Positions 42,001 to 50,784 of a stretch of 64,000 bases of DNA are shown piece by piece; position 1 is the first letter of the stretch; each line of letters begins with the position of its first letter. The notes under the pieces are model-generated. The model was not told the DNA's origin. It was given only the letters and a program-made list of their open reading frames with translations, and did not search any database. The position numbers were made by a program, and so were the translations under genes. This DNA comes from an uncultured Gammaproteobacteria bacterium (GTDB lineage: Bacteria > Patescibacteriota > Microgenomatia > Daviesbacterales > UBA10151): contig CAYMIA010000004.1 in NCBI GenBank assembly GCA_964390595.1, positions 4,023 to 68,022 of the forward strand, read 5' to 3'.

Positions 42001-42316
42001 GCTTGATCCATATTTGAAAGAGTGGGAGGTAACAAGCAGTGATGGAAAGCAGCCAATATTACAAGGTGATCATTTTAAACCGTTTGGATATGCTAATGGT
42101 TGGCATTTGAATTTAGAGGAGTTGATAAAAAAGCTACCGGCTAACTCATATAGCCGGAATCCGGATGGGACGCTTTCTCTAAACTTGCTTTTGCAATTTA
42201 AATTAATGGGTTTCCATTACTTGTTTTTATATATCTCTATTGCTACTTTTGGGCTCGCGGTTATGTATTTGGTAAAGATTTATTTAATAGATAATTGGAG
42301 AAAAAGTCATGTCTAA
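39053..42316 (+). CDS. very large polytopic membrane protein, YfhO/AftD-like putative glycosyltransferase with N-terminal extracytoplasmic domain
   Basis: The start is taken at ATG 39053 (MKKILFILFVSLVVVI, signal/TM). An extracytoplasmic domain of about 170 aa follows, then more than 12 TM helices and a C-terminal soluble domain of about 330 aa carrying the HFKPFGYANGWHLN motif. Confidence 0.55.
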   Translation: MKKILFILFVSLVVVISWRLIAYVQQDISKNGFYTIVSNEYRNGFFAHGGVVAWQGDKLIGQFSAHDDNLGIIQIPTKYLPLSLAGQTVFKLKSLSQNDWSFQGTYENKGILIYDSYPFGLPLITDSKKRTYQFEITSTNIDSTKNPDFSSNHLFTEKYVFPHQSTKQYPLILIKKISSAFSDESFWRWDCLLVPTLLFAFLLLGIFTKTIRDNLIKPFVLELLPSLFKKRPVLILISAVVLFFFYLSNLNSNLFFLLFLFTWSTLILCFKLKPDFSFKAAITVLLLIPVFIFLGHDKLSEEIAVFVWAFFIIGVGHYLVDYYFSKQAKIRSLERAWVELSKKQKFLIGAAVVLGIFGISIFFKSYYLGGDDTKFYYLYPDLFYQNFVSKIGPDTSVSSLLSLLPPTSIAPFILPLVAIKFIFRAANLQFVLYSLNIFFGVFFFYKFIDYLIPRSDIFSKWAKFLGALLYCFSIFNFYSYFNSQLLVMYLLSTFPLSMLLFIKAVREQKIHLVVICALISTIFGFLSVYIPWLSALFIVSLPLYLLFFLEHKKRFLAYSGLLIGLLILLNCHWFVYLTFSSVLNQSFGYTDPSITTDAFRKLNEQGIKIASSINSPIYPLLNSYHYDIQKNFNWPFLAIYESWYKNLLWINIFFIGIILWAVFLNSKEKGSNWPFVTTVSSLLIGVYFFTVNIGGWGQPLFIWLNNTIPGFVMFRNMYDKFAPAMAWSFALAFSASLISIILRIHSKQTKQILLGFSLFLIALNAKPFLLNEFNNVPIWTTKATYNTISGLNQDYLNLLEFVRSQDTSARYLELPLSYGNISQIQDQSLSNHYYNGLAPLLILTGKNDYSGAMSFGSFGQELIDDIQEHRYQEFGLLLRQFNVKYVIVNKSLNDELINSYIFGGLYQKQNDEFKRVILGQKIKDFGSRYSMYEINPEFAVDKIYLAADFKQLPTVNELQFKKLSSTKYQINIPSIHQDSDLVLLDPYLKEWEVTSSDGKQPILQGDHFKPFGYANGWHLNLEELIKKLPANSYSRNPDGTLSLNLLLQFKLMGFHYLFLYISIATFGLAVMYLVKIYLIDNWRKSHV

Positions 42317-43859
42317 GCTATCTTTAGTTTTGATTACTTTCACCATACTGAGTTTACTTGGTTTTATTTTTTACCACCCTCATTTTAATTTGGCCGATCA
42401 AAGTTTATTTGGACAGGCGGATTCCCGTTTTTCTTTAACTACGACTGATTGTAAGCTATTGGCTATCAATCCAGTTTATTTACCGCCAGTGACCCACAAT
42501 CCAGCTGATTCAAAGTATCGATTGATTACCTTTTTGGAATCTTATCAGCTAGCGACGAATCAGCACGACCGGCTTTTTTTTGCTGAAAAAAGAGTAGCCG
42601 AGATGCAAAATTGGAAGGATAGTTTGTTGGTTAGTTCAAACATTGATTTGAATAGAAGGTATGATTCATGGGACTTTGAGCTGGCGAGGTACTATTCGCT
42701 GATGAATGAGTCGATTAGTAGCGATTTGATGGTTAGAACGGGGGACATTCAAAGAAGCCTCTTTCAAAATAGAATTCTGATCGAGGAGGTAATTAAGTCG
42801 GCCAATATTTCGCCAGAAAATAGATTAAGGATCCTTGGTTTGTCCGGGTCAATCTTTGATGATTTATTTGCTAAGGCTGACTTGAAGTCATGTTTAAATG
42901 ATCAAGTGGGAACCTATTCCTTAAAAAAGATTCAGGACAATACCGATTTTGGTATTTACCAGGTATCATTTAGTCTGGATGATAAAAACTTGAGTCATAA
43001 TGCCTCGTCGTCCGCGACGCTAGAGGTGGGAGATAAAATATATACTCCCGAAGTTTCGGCAAAAAATCAGTTTCGGCGAGTTTTATTCGAGAACGTCGAA
43101 ATTAATTCGGGGGCCGATCTACTAAGATTAAATCTTGAGCCAATGAATCAGAATCAGCCAAATGCATTCCCCCGACTTTTAATGGAAAAGGTGGAAAATT
43201 TAAATAACTTTAGTGTTAATTTTAAATCTTTAGGGGGTGATAGTTACAAGGTAGTTTTAGATAATTTTTCAGCTGAACAAAAAAATATATTACTGAGCAG
43301 TGTTAATTTAGCGTTTCATCCGTCTTCGATGAAATATATTAGTGGTTCAAAGTTACAAATTGAATTTAAACCTTGGTTGAAGAATTTACTTTGGAGTTTG
43401 TTTTGCCTTTTTAGTATTCTCGCAATTCTAAGTTTACTTCTTAAAAAAATCAGAGGAGTTGGTGAAAAATTGCAAGTAAGAATATATAAATCCTCAGGCG
43501 GGATAGCAAGAGCTGCGAGATTTATTAGTAAATGGAGCGTTTTTATTGTGATAGTTGATGTGCTTCTCATCGGAGGTGATATTTTTCTCCTCAAGCTAAA
43601 TTTTGACTTAATCACCTTTTTGATATCGGTCACTTTGATAATGGTATTATTGTCTTCAGAAAAATATAACAAGTTGCTGTTGGCTTTAGTGACTTTGTTG
43701 TTAATACTTAGCTTGACTCTGGCTAGCACTAATCCAGTTATTTCTCATCCAATTATTTCTCACAAAGCGGCTGACTGGGTGTTTATTTTAATTTTAATTG
43801 GAATCGTTAAACTGGTTATAAAACAAACTTTGAGAAAGTTAAACAATGAAGAAAGTTAA
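42309..43859 (+). CDS. hypothetical membrane protein (N-terminal TM + ~340 aa extracytoplasmic domain + 3-4 C-terminal TM helices)
   Basis: A 516-aa ORF whose start overlaps the upstream stop. It has no recognisable enzymatic motif. Its topology recalls polysaccharide co-polymerase (Wzz-like) proteins, but sequence similarity is not evident. Confidence 0.45.
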   Translation: MSKLSLVLITFTILSLLGFIFYHPHFNLADQSLFGQADSRFSLTTTDCKLLAINPVYLPPVTHNPADSKYRLITFLESYQLATNQHDRLFFAEKRVAEMQNWKDSLLVSSNIDLNRRYDSWDFELARYYSLMNESISSDLMVRTGDIQRSLFQNRILIEEVIKSANISPENRLRILGLSGSIFDDLFAKADLKSCLNDQVGTYSLKKIQDNTDFGIYQVSFSLDDKNLSHNASSSATLEVGDKIYTPEVSAKNQFRRVLFENVEINSGADLLRLNLEPMNQNQPNAFPRLLMEKVENLNNFSVNFKSLGGDSYKVVLDNFSAEQKNILLSSVNLAFHPSSMKYISGSKLQIEFKPWLKNLLWSLFCLFSILAILSLLLKKIRGVGEKLQVRIYKSSGGIARAARFISKWSVFIVIVDVLLIGGDIFLLKLNFDLITFLISVTLIMVLLSSEKYNKLLLALVTLLLILSLTLASTNPVISHPIISHKAADWVFILILIGIVKLVIKQTLRKLNNEES

Positions 43860-44775
43860 ATGTTTGATTTGTGGGGGGGAGTTAAAATTTGTTTTTAATG
43901 GTTTTGATCTACTTTATAAAACAACCGAGAAAAATTTTCCAATCTATAGATGTCAAACATGTCTGCTAGAAATAATAAATCCGCTACCATCCCCAAGTCA
44001 GGAAAAAGTCTTTTATTCTAATAACTACTATTCCTATTATAAGCAAACTGATAAAAATTTCTTTCTAAAATTAAGGGAGAAAATAGTAGAAAATGCCTAT
44101 ACAAAAAATTCAAAAAAAGATTTGATGTATATTCTGGCGGTTCTGGCTAAGGCTCTATTTCAGGGTCTACCACTCAGGAGATTAGGTAAGGGCCGATTTT
44201 TGGATGTGGGCTGTGGAAACGATTACAACATTGAAATTCTTAAGAAATATGGTTGGCAAGCAAAGGGCTTTGAGGTTGGGGAGAGGAAGATAGTGGGGGA
44301 GGTCTTTTTTGATACGGACATTAAGAAGGTAAATTTTAGACAAAAATTTGATTACATTAGAGTTTGGCATGTATTAGAACATGTTAGAAATCCGGATCAA
44401 TTTTTAGACAAACTTTATTCGCTTCTTGAGGATCAAGGCCGAGTTGTATTTGGATTGCCAAACACTAAAAGCTTTTATGCCATGATATTTGGCAAATATT
44501 GGTACAATCGAGATATACCTAGACATCTGATTAATTATAATGTGGATAATTTAAAGATCATACTGAGTAGACATGGTTTTAATGTAGAGAAAGTGAAATA
44601 TCTTTCAACAGGTGGATTTGTTGGAAGTATTCAGCATCTAATAAATGACAAATTTGGATTAAAGATTAATTTAATTAATAGTTGGTTGTTAATTTTTTTG
44701 TTTTTACCATTGGATTTACTTTCTAATCTCTTTAAGAGGGCCGATGTAATTGTAGTTGAGGCGGCTAAAAAATGA
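43846..44775 (+). CDS. SAM-dependent methyltransferase with N-terminal Cys4 zinc-ribbon
   Basis: It carries CLICGG...CQTC (C-x2-C ... C-x2-C), LDVGCGNDYN (motif I), FDYIRVWHVLEHV and a GRVVFGLP segment. It resembles Methyltransf_23 / C-methyltransferase architecture. Confidence 0.65.
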   Translation: MKKVKCLICGGELKFVFNGFDLLYKTTEKNFPIYRCQTCLLEIINPLPSPSQEKVFYSNNYYSYYKQTDKNFFLKLREKIVENAYTKNSKKDLMYILAVLAKALFQGLPLRRLGKGRFLDVGCGNDYNIEILKKYGWQAKGFEVGERKIVGEVFFDTDIKKVNFRQKFDYIRVWHVLEHVRNPDQFLDKLYSLLEDQGRVVFGLPNTKSFYAMIFGKYWYNRDIPRHLINYNVDNLKIILSRHGFNVEKVKYLSTGGFVGSIQHLINDKFGLKINLINSWLLIFLFLPLDLLSNLFKRADVIVVEAAKK

Positions 44776-44942
44776 CTAGCTGGTTCTTGAGATTAATGGC
44801 TGTTGGGTTTTTAATCGATTTGTTTGGTTTGGTGGTTTTACTTTCAATTCATCGGCTGGCCCATATTCAGGAGCTATTAAATATTTTGCTAGTGATAATT
44901 ATTTTTTCATTAGTTTTATACCTACTTGATTTAAGAAAATGA
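44772..44942 (+). CDS. small (56 aa) two-TM membrane protein, translationally coupled micro-ORF
   Basis: The ATG at 44772 overlaps the TGA of the upstream MTase. Its TGA at 44940-44942 overlaps the ATG of the downstream gene at 44939. It translates to MTSWFLRLMAVGFLIDLFGLVVLLSIHRLAHIQELLNILLVIIIFSLVLYLLDLRK. It is absent from the ORF track because it is under 60 aa. Confidence 0.3.
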   Translation: MTSWFLRLMAVGFLIDLFGLVVLLSIHRLAHIQELLNILLVIIIFSLVLYLLDLRK

Positions 44943-47668
44943 AATCCAAAAGAATTTATCTACTGTTTCTGGCTGTATTAATTTTTGTTTTTTCTAACTT
45001 ATTACTATTTTCTCCGAGAGGCGCTAATGATTTTCCTTATATTTTTTCGGAGCAGCTTAAGACTGGGTTCTCGCTACCTTTGACCTGGATTACTAAATAC
45101 AGCGATGGTTTGGGGGCTGTTAATACTCCAATACTTTGGAGCTTTCCAATTGATTTTATTTATGGAATGCTGTCTTGGCTGGGTTTTGATTTTGCTGTTT
45201 TAGAACTAGTTGTGGGTATTTTACCGATTCTAGTAGTTGGACTTTTTAGCATCAATGCTTTTTTAAAACATTTTGAATTTTCTTTAAAAGCGCGGCTGGT
45301 CGCAACGCTATTTTTCCTGACAAATACTTATGTTTTGTCTTTGATTGATGGAGGTCAATTGCAGATTGCATTAGCATATAGTCTGTTTCCATTGGTTTTC
45401 TTAAAATCAATCCAATCAATCTCTGAGTCTTTTAAGTCAAAATTGGTGGCTAGCCTACTGATAGTTGGGTTGGGTTTTTGCGATATTAGGTTTGTGGTTA
45501 TTTTGGCGATTTTACTTTTGGTTTATTTTATCTTTAATTTAACCAGAAATTTTAAAGATCAGGCTTACCTTTGGAAATGGATTTATTTTGGTGTTATAGC
45601 TGGGATAGTGATTTTGTTAGCTAATTTTTATTGGATATTACCGCTGATTGCTCATGAAGTCGCCTTTTTACCAGCAACTTACTTGCGGGCTAGCCAGGTT
45701 GGTTTTTTAAGTTTTGCTAATTTGGGTCAGGCGTTTTTTGTTCAACAGCCGCACTGGTACCGAAATATATTTGGATTGACCACCCCACTTTTGCCAGCAT
45801 TTGCTGGAATTCCCCTAATTGCTTATTTGGCAATTTTTATAAAACGCAGGGATTTAAATGTAGTCTTTTGGGTAATTATTAGTTTGATGGGAGTGTTTTT
45901 GGTTAAGGGTGAAAATGCACCTTTAACTCAAGTCTATCCTTGGCTTTTTTCTCATATTCCGGGTTGGGTGCTCTTTCGTGATCCGACTAAGTTTTATGTA
46001 CTGATTTGTTTAGCTGATGCGTTTTTAATAGCGGTGACTTTGGACTGGATAGTCAAATATTTTAAGCGATTTTTGTGGCTTTCAACTATTTTGATTTCAC
46101 TGATCGTAGTGTATTTTGTATTGCTAATTTACCCGGTCTATACGGGGAAAATGACAGGGATGTTAAACACGCCAGTCTGGCGTGAGCAATACACTAAACT
46201 AGCGGATATCTTAAGAAGGGATGCTAGTTATTCACAAGTTCTTTGGTTGCCTACCAAGAGTCCACTTGGTTATTCCAGCCCCACTCATCCATCACTTGAG
46301 GGTTTAACCATATACCAAAAAAGGCCTTTTTTGATTGGAGTTGTTGGGAGTTATGAATTATTTAATTTTATTAGGGAGTCTAATTTTGTTTCACAGCTAA
46401 TGGATATATCATCTGTTGGTTATATTGCTTATCCACCTCTTGATCCGCGAAGAATCGATCAGCGCGATCAATATAGTCCTGATTTATACAAATATTACAA
46501 TCAATTTTTGGATCAACTAAGTCAGCTGCCATGGCTTTCCAGGGTTACTGATTCGCCGATCCCTTTATTTAAAACTAAGCATAATCAACCAAAGATATTT
46601 GTCGCTCAAAATTTATGGTGGGTGATTGGTTCAGATGATATTTATGAACAGGCCAGCCAAAGCGGAACATTAAAAAACAACGCTTTAGTTTTTGGGCAGC
46701 AAAATCCACAGGTTGGGGAAAGATTAACTGATTTTAGAAATGCCAAGGTTGTTTTACATCAAACTCATGAGTTAGATTTAGCAGCTAGTTTGATTGATCA
46801 GAAAGAGCTATTATTTCCAGCCTCAAAGCTGGCTTTTGATCCAGATTCAACTGGATGGTGGAAAAGAGAGAGTTCAGATCTACTAAATTGGCGGGATTTT
46901 CTGCAAACCAAGTATCAGCTAGATAACTTAGACTTTGATTTAGGTGGGGGTTTTGCAGTTGCTGAAGGGAGCAAGCAGTTGAATGTGGGAACAGGCCGGG
47001 ACTATAAAGGATCATTGCTTTTAGCTAGGGTAATGGAGAGTACCAGGAGTGGTCAACTGACATTTAGTCAAAAAGGTGAACAGATTGGTACCGCCACTAC
47101 CAAGAATGAGAGGCCAGATTTAGTCACTATTAAAATGACTGGCTATGGAAGAATACCTGATAAGATCTCAACTTTTGAAAAAACTCACTTCTACTGGAAG
47201 GAGATTGGAGTATTAACTCAAAACTCACCCATAACTATTGAGTCAATGGGCGACATTAATGTAGTTAATTCTTTGGCGGTTGTTCCTCAAGATATCTGGA
47301 AAGTAAAAAAGCAATTTGTTGCGGCACTGTCAAAAGAGGGTCGGATTGTTCCCTTTGAGCCGAGCAATGAAGATCTCTCAGCTGTTAGTTTTCAAGAGAT
47401 CAATCCGGCTAAATTTAAGGTTAACATAAGTGGTCTAACTCATCCGGTAATGTTAATTCTCGCTCAGAATTATGATTCAGGGTGGGTTATTGGGAAAACC
47501 TCATCCTTACCCATTTATAGTTTGTTAAACGGCTATAAGATTGAGGGTGATGGAGAGTTTATTCTTGAGTACTATCCGCAAAGATTTGTTGTTCCAGGTT
47601 TGGTGGTTTCAGGAGGGGCATTTCTGTTGATTTTATCTTTGCTTCTTTGGAAAGTAAGGAGAAATTAG
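44939..47668 (+). CDS. very large polytopic membrane protein, YfhO/AftD-like putative glycosyltransferase
   Basis: At 909 aa. The N-terminal TM core is paralogous to the 31214 gene. The C-terminal soluble domain ends in AQNYDSGWVIG...LNGYKIEGDGEFILEYYPQ. Confidence 0.55.
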   Translation: MKSKRIYLLFLAVLIFVFSNLLLFSPRGANDFPYIFSEQLKTGFSLPLTWITKYSDGLGAVNTPILWSFPIDFIYGMLSWLGFDFAVLELVVGILPILVVGLFSINAFLKHFEFSLKARLVATLFFLTNTYVLSLIDGGQLQIALAYSLFPLVFLKSIQSISESFKSKLVASLLIVGLGFCDIRFVVILAILLLVYFIFNLTRNFKDQAYLWKWIYFGVIAGIVILLANFYWILPLIAHEVAFLPATYLRASQVGFLSFANLGQAFFVQQPHWYRNIFGLTTPLLPAFAGIPLIAYLAIFIKRRDLNVVFWVIISLMGVFLVKGENAPLTQVYPWLFSHIPGWVLFRDPTKFYVLICLADAFLIAVTLDWIVKYFKRFLWLSTILISLIVVYFVLLIYPVYTGKMTGMLNTPVWREQYTKLADILRRDASYSQVLWLPTKSPLGYSSPTHPSLEGLTIYQKRPFLIGVVGSYELFNFIRESNFVSQLMDISSVGYIAYPPLDPRRIDQRDQYSPDLYKYYNQFLDQLSQLPWLSRVTDSPIPLFKTKHNQPKIFVAQNLWWVIGSDDIYEQASQSGTLKNNALVFGQQNPQVGERLTDFRNAKVVLHQTHELDLAASLIDQKELLFPASKLAFDPDSTGWWKRESSDLLNWRDFLQTKYQLDNLDFDLGGGFAVAEGSKQLNVGTGRDYKGSLLLARVMESTRSGQLTFSQKGEQIGTATTKNERPDLVTIKMTGYGRIPDKISTFEKTHFYWKEIGVLTQNSPITIESMGDINVVNSLAVVPQDIWKVKKQFVAALSKEGRIVPFEPSNEDLSAVSFQEINPAKFKVNISGLTHPVMLILAQNYDSGWVIGKTSSLPIYSLLNGYKIEGDGEFILEYYPQRFVVPGLVVSGGAFLLILSLLLWKVRRN

Positions 47669-47680
47669 TAGTATTAAGAC

Positions 47681-48955
47681 ATGTACCTAAAGCCAGTTAG
47701 ATTGATCCTAAAAACAAAAACACTGCAGCAGAGTTTGGTTACTGTTGGGGCGACACTTTTAAACGGAGCATTGGGGGCGGCTTTCTATATTAGTTTGGCC
47801 CGTTTTTTGGGTCCAGAAGATTTTGGAGTTGTAGTCATTGCAATCTCTTTAATGACAGTTATAGGAGATATCGCCGATTTTGGTATTAATAGCAGTTTGG
47901 TCCGATTTGTGCCAGCGGACCTGCGGGATAATCCTAAAAACGCATATAAACTTTTAAAAATTAGTTTGGAGATTAAACTAGTGGTGTGGTTGTTGATTTT
48001 TGGCTTGGGTTACTTTCTAGCTCCTATGCTAGCTGCTTATTTTGGAAGAGGTGAGTTAGTTTTACCGCTTAGATTAGTTTTATTTGGAGTTGGGGGGGCA
48101 ATCTTATTTTCATTTAGCGCGGCAGCTATTCAATCTTTTCAAAGATATTGGATTTGGTCAGCCCTTTTTGTAACAACTAATTTTTTAAGGTTGATTTTAA
48201 TAATAATCTTAATTTTGTTCGGTAGTTTGTCAATCACAACTGGGCTGATGAGCTTTATTCTCTTTCCATTTATTGGCTTTATTTTGGCTAGTTTTTTTCT
48301 GCCAGTCAGAGCAGTTTTAAAAGCCAAAAACGATAGACAAGTATTTAGTAATTTGTTTCAATATAGCCGCTTTGTGGCTTTGTCGGCCATCATTTATGCT
48401 CTCTATTCCCGGGTGGATATTTTTTTAAATGGGCATTTTACTTCTGTCTTCCAAACAGGTATTTATGGGGCAGCAAGTCAACTAGTTAACTTTGTTCCAC
48501 AGCTAATTGGAGCCTTAGGTGTGGTGGCAGCTCCTAAGTTTGCTAGTTTTACGAGTCATCAGCAAATGATGGAGTACTTGAAGAAGTTTCAACTACTGGT
48601 GCTATTTCTAGTGATAGTAGGTCTCTTGAGTTTGCCTTTGTTAGTTTACTTAATTCCACTGATATTTGGGTCAATTTATGCTCAGTCGGTAGTTGTTTTT
48701 GGAATATTACTAATGTCGACTTTGGTTTTACTTTTGGCGATTCCTTATCACGATGCGATCAGATACTATTTTAAGAATTCGCGGATCTTTGTTTGGATTA
48801 ATTTTTTCCAATTACTTTTGATGATTATACTCGGTAGTATTTTAGTGACGAGCTTTGGAATTGTGGGGACTGCCTTTGCAGTTTTACTTTCGACTATTTT
48901 TAATTTTGTTTTTTCCTTGTTATACTTCCTATATCTTTTAAAAAAAGTTAAATGA
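47681..48955 (+). CDS. Wzx-like flippase (MOP / polysaccharide biosynthesis protein family)
   Basis: At 424 aa with about 12-14 TM helices. The N-terminal LQQSLVTVGATLLNGALGAAFYISLARFLGPEDFGVVVIAISL matches the Polysacc_synt N-terminal signature. Confidence 0.7.
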   Translation: MYLKPVRLILKTKTLQQSLVTVGATLLNGALGAAFYISLARFLGPEDFGVVVIAISLMTVIGDIADFGINSSLVRFVPADLRDNPKNAYKLLKISLEIKLVVWLLIFGLGYFLAPMLAAYFGRGELVLPLRLVLFGVGGAILFSFSAAAIQSFQRYWIWSALFVTTNFLRLILIIILILFGSLSITTGLMSFILFPFIGFILASFFLPVRAVLKAKNDRQVFSNLFQYSRFVALSAIIYALYSRVDIFLNGHFTSVFQTGIYGAASQLVNFVPQLIGALGVVAAPKFASFTSHQQMMEYLKKFQLLVLFLVIVGLLSLPLLVYLIPLIFGSIYAQSVVVFGILLMSTLVLLLAIPYHDAIRYYFKNSRIFVWINFFQLLLMIILGSILVTSFGIVGTAFAVLLSTIFNFVFSLLYFLYLLKKVK

Positions 48956-48997
48956 GCTCTGATACATCATCAAAGATTTTGACTACAATTTAATCCA

Positions 48998-49768
48998 ATG
49001 ATCTCAGTGGTAATAGTAACTTTTAATGAAGCGGATAAATTAATTAGATGTTTAAAAAGCATTAAGGATTTTGTTCAGGAGATAGTAGTGGTTGATATTG
49101 GTTCAACTGATTCAACAGAGGAAGTTTTAAAAAAATTCAACGCGAGAGTTTTTAAACATAGATGGGTGCCTTACGCGGATCCAATTAGAAATTTCGCTTT
49201 GTCTAAAGCGTCGGGTGACTGGGTACTGATGTTGGATCCAGATGAGGTAGTTCCGGTAAAGTTAAAAAGATATTTGAAGGATTTTACTAAAATTGCTAAG
49301 GACCAAGATTTGGTGGCAATCAACATACCTTTTAAAAATGTTTTTTTTGGTCAATGGATCGCTCATACTAATTTTTGGCCAGATAAACATATTAGATTTT
49401 TCAAAAAGGGCCGGGTGGTTTGGCAGAGTCAGGTTCACTCTTACCCTCAGGTTTCAGGACAAATTTGGGAGGCCCCAAATGATTCAGACCTCGCGATTGT
49501 TCATCTTGGATATGAAACTTATCAGCAATTCATTATCAAGCAAAGAAAATATGCTTTGGCGGCGGCTCAAAATATCGTTTCCTCCGGAGGTGGATTTTCA
49601 TTTTTGAATTTGATTTGGATGCCAACAAGAGAGTTTTTAGCCCGTTTTATTAAACATCAAGGCTATAAAGATGGCAAACACGGGGTTTTTTTGGTTGGAG
49701 TATTGATGTGGTACCATCTGTTGATTCAGCTGAATATAATTAAGCTGAAAACTGGTAGAATAAAGTAA
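48998..49768 (+). CDS. family 2 glycosyltransferase
   Basis: MISVVIVTFNEADKLIRCLKSIKDFVQEIVVVDIGSTDST and a MLDPDE motif. It is a clear paralog of the 241 gene (FGQWIAHTNFWPDKHIRFFKKGRVVW). Confidence 0.8.
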   Translation: MISVVIVTFNEADKLIRCLKSIKDFVQEIVVVDIGSTDSTEEVLKKFNARVFKHRWVPYADPIRNFALSKASGDWVLMLDPDEVVPVKLKRYLKDFTKIAKDQDLVAINIPFKNVFFGQWIAHTNFWPDKHIRFFKKGRVVWQSQVHSYPQVSGQIWEAPNDSDLAIVHLGYETYQQFIIKQRKYALAAAQNIVSSGGGFSFLNLIWMPTREFLARFIKHQGYKDGKHGVFLVGVLMWYHLLIQLNIIKLKTGRIK

Positions 49769-50784
49769 TGAGGGTTGGTTTTGATATCTCCCAAGCAGCT
49801 CATGGTGGTGGCGTTTCTGTTTATACAAAAAATTTATCGAAAGAGTTAGAAAAAAACAGTGCTTTGAAAATGGTCTATTTTTATAGCTCACTGCGGCGTC
49901 CTTATCTGGGAGATCTGAGAAATGTTAAGCAATTTAGAATTCCCCCAACCTTGCTTGAGCCTTGGTTTAACAAAGTCCATAAAATTGAAATTGAAAGACT
50001 AATTGGTGAGCTGGATATATTCCATAGCTCTGATTGGACACAGCCTCCAACTAAGGCCAAAAAAATAACAACTTATCATGATGTAGTGCCACTCAAATAC
50101 CCGCAGTGGTCAGTATCTAAAGTTATTAATGTTCATAAAAGAAGATTGAAGTGGGTAGAAAAAGAGATTGATCAAGTAATCGCTGTATCAAATGCTACTA
50201 AACAAGATTTAATTAGTCTGTCAAAAATTCCGGCAGATAAAATAACTGTTGTGTACTCTGGTGTAGATCAAAAGGTTTTTTGCAAACAAGATGAAAAAGA
50301 TATCGAACAATTTAGAAAAAAGTATAACCTGCCTGAGAAATTCATTTTGGCTATTGGCGGAGTGGGGGTAAGAAGGAATTTGGATAGAGTTAAAGAGGCA
50401 GCTGGCGATATCCTGGTCGTTACATCTGGAATTAGTATTCCTTTTTTGCCTGAAAAAGAGATGCCGATTTTGTATGCCAGTTCGCAGATGTTGGTTTATC
50501 CGTCACTCTATGAGGGTTTTGGTTTTCCGATTTTAGAGGCAATGGCCTGTGGAGTACCAGTTATAACCTCAAATATCTCAGCTATGCCTGAGGTTGGTGG
50601 TGATGCGGCTTTATATGTGGATCCGATGAATGCAAATGATATTTCAGAAAAGATACAGGAGTTGTTATCTGATCAGAATTTAAGAAAAGATCTCATCTCC
50701 AAAGGTTTTAAACAGGCTGATAAATTTAGCTGGGAAGAAACTGCCAAACAGACTGCTCAGATTTATCATCAAGTCCTTAAATGA
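49768..50784 (+). CDS. family 4 glycosyltransferase
   Basis: [33 protein letters not shown]. Confidence 0.75.
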   Translation: MRVGFDISQAAHGGGVSVYTKNLSKELEKNSALKMVYFYSSLRRPYLGDLRNVKQFRIPPTLLEPWFNKVHKIEIERLIGELDIFHSSDWTQPPTKAKKITTYHDVVPLKYPQWSVSKVINVHKRRLKWVEKEIDQVIAVSNATKQDLISLSKIPADKITVVYSGVDQKVFCKQDEKDIEQFRKKYNLPEKFILAIGGVGVRRNLDRVKEAAGDILVVTSGISIPFLPEKEMPILYASSQMLVYPSLYEGFGFPILEAMACGVPVITSNISAMPEVGGDAALYVDPMNANDISEKIQELLSDQNLRKDLISKGFKQADKFSWEETAKQTAQIYHQVLK

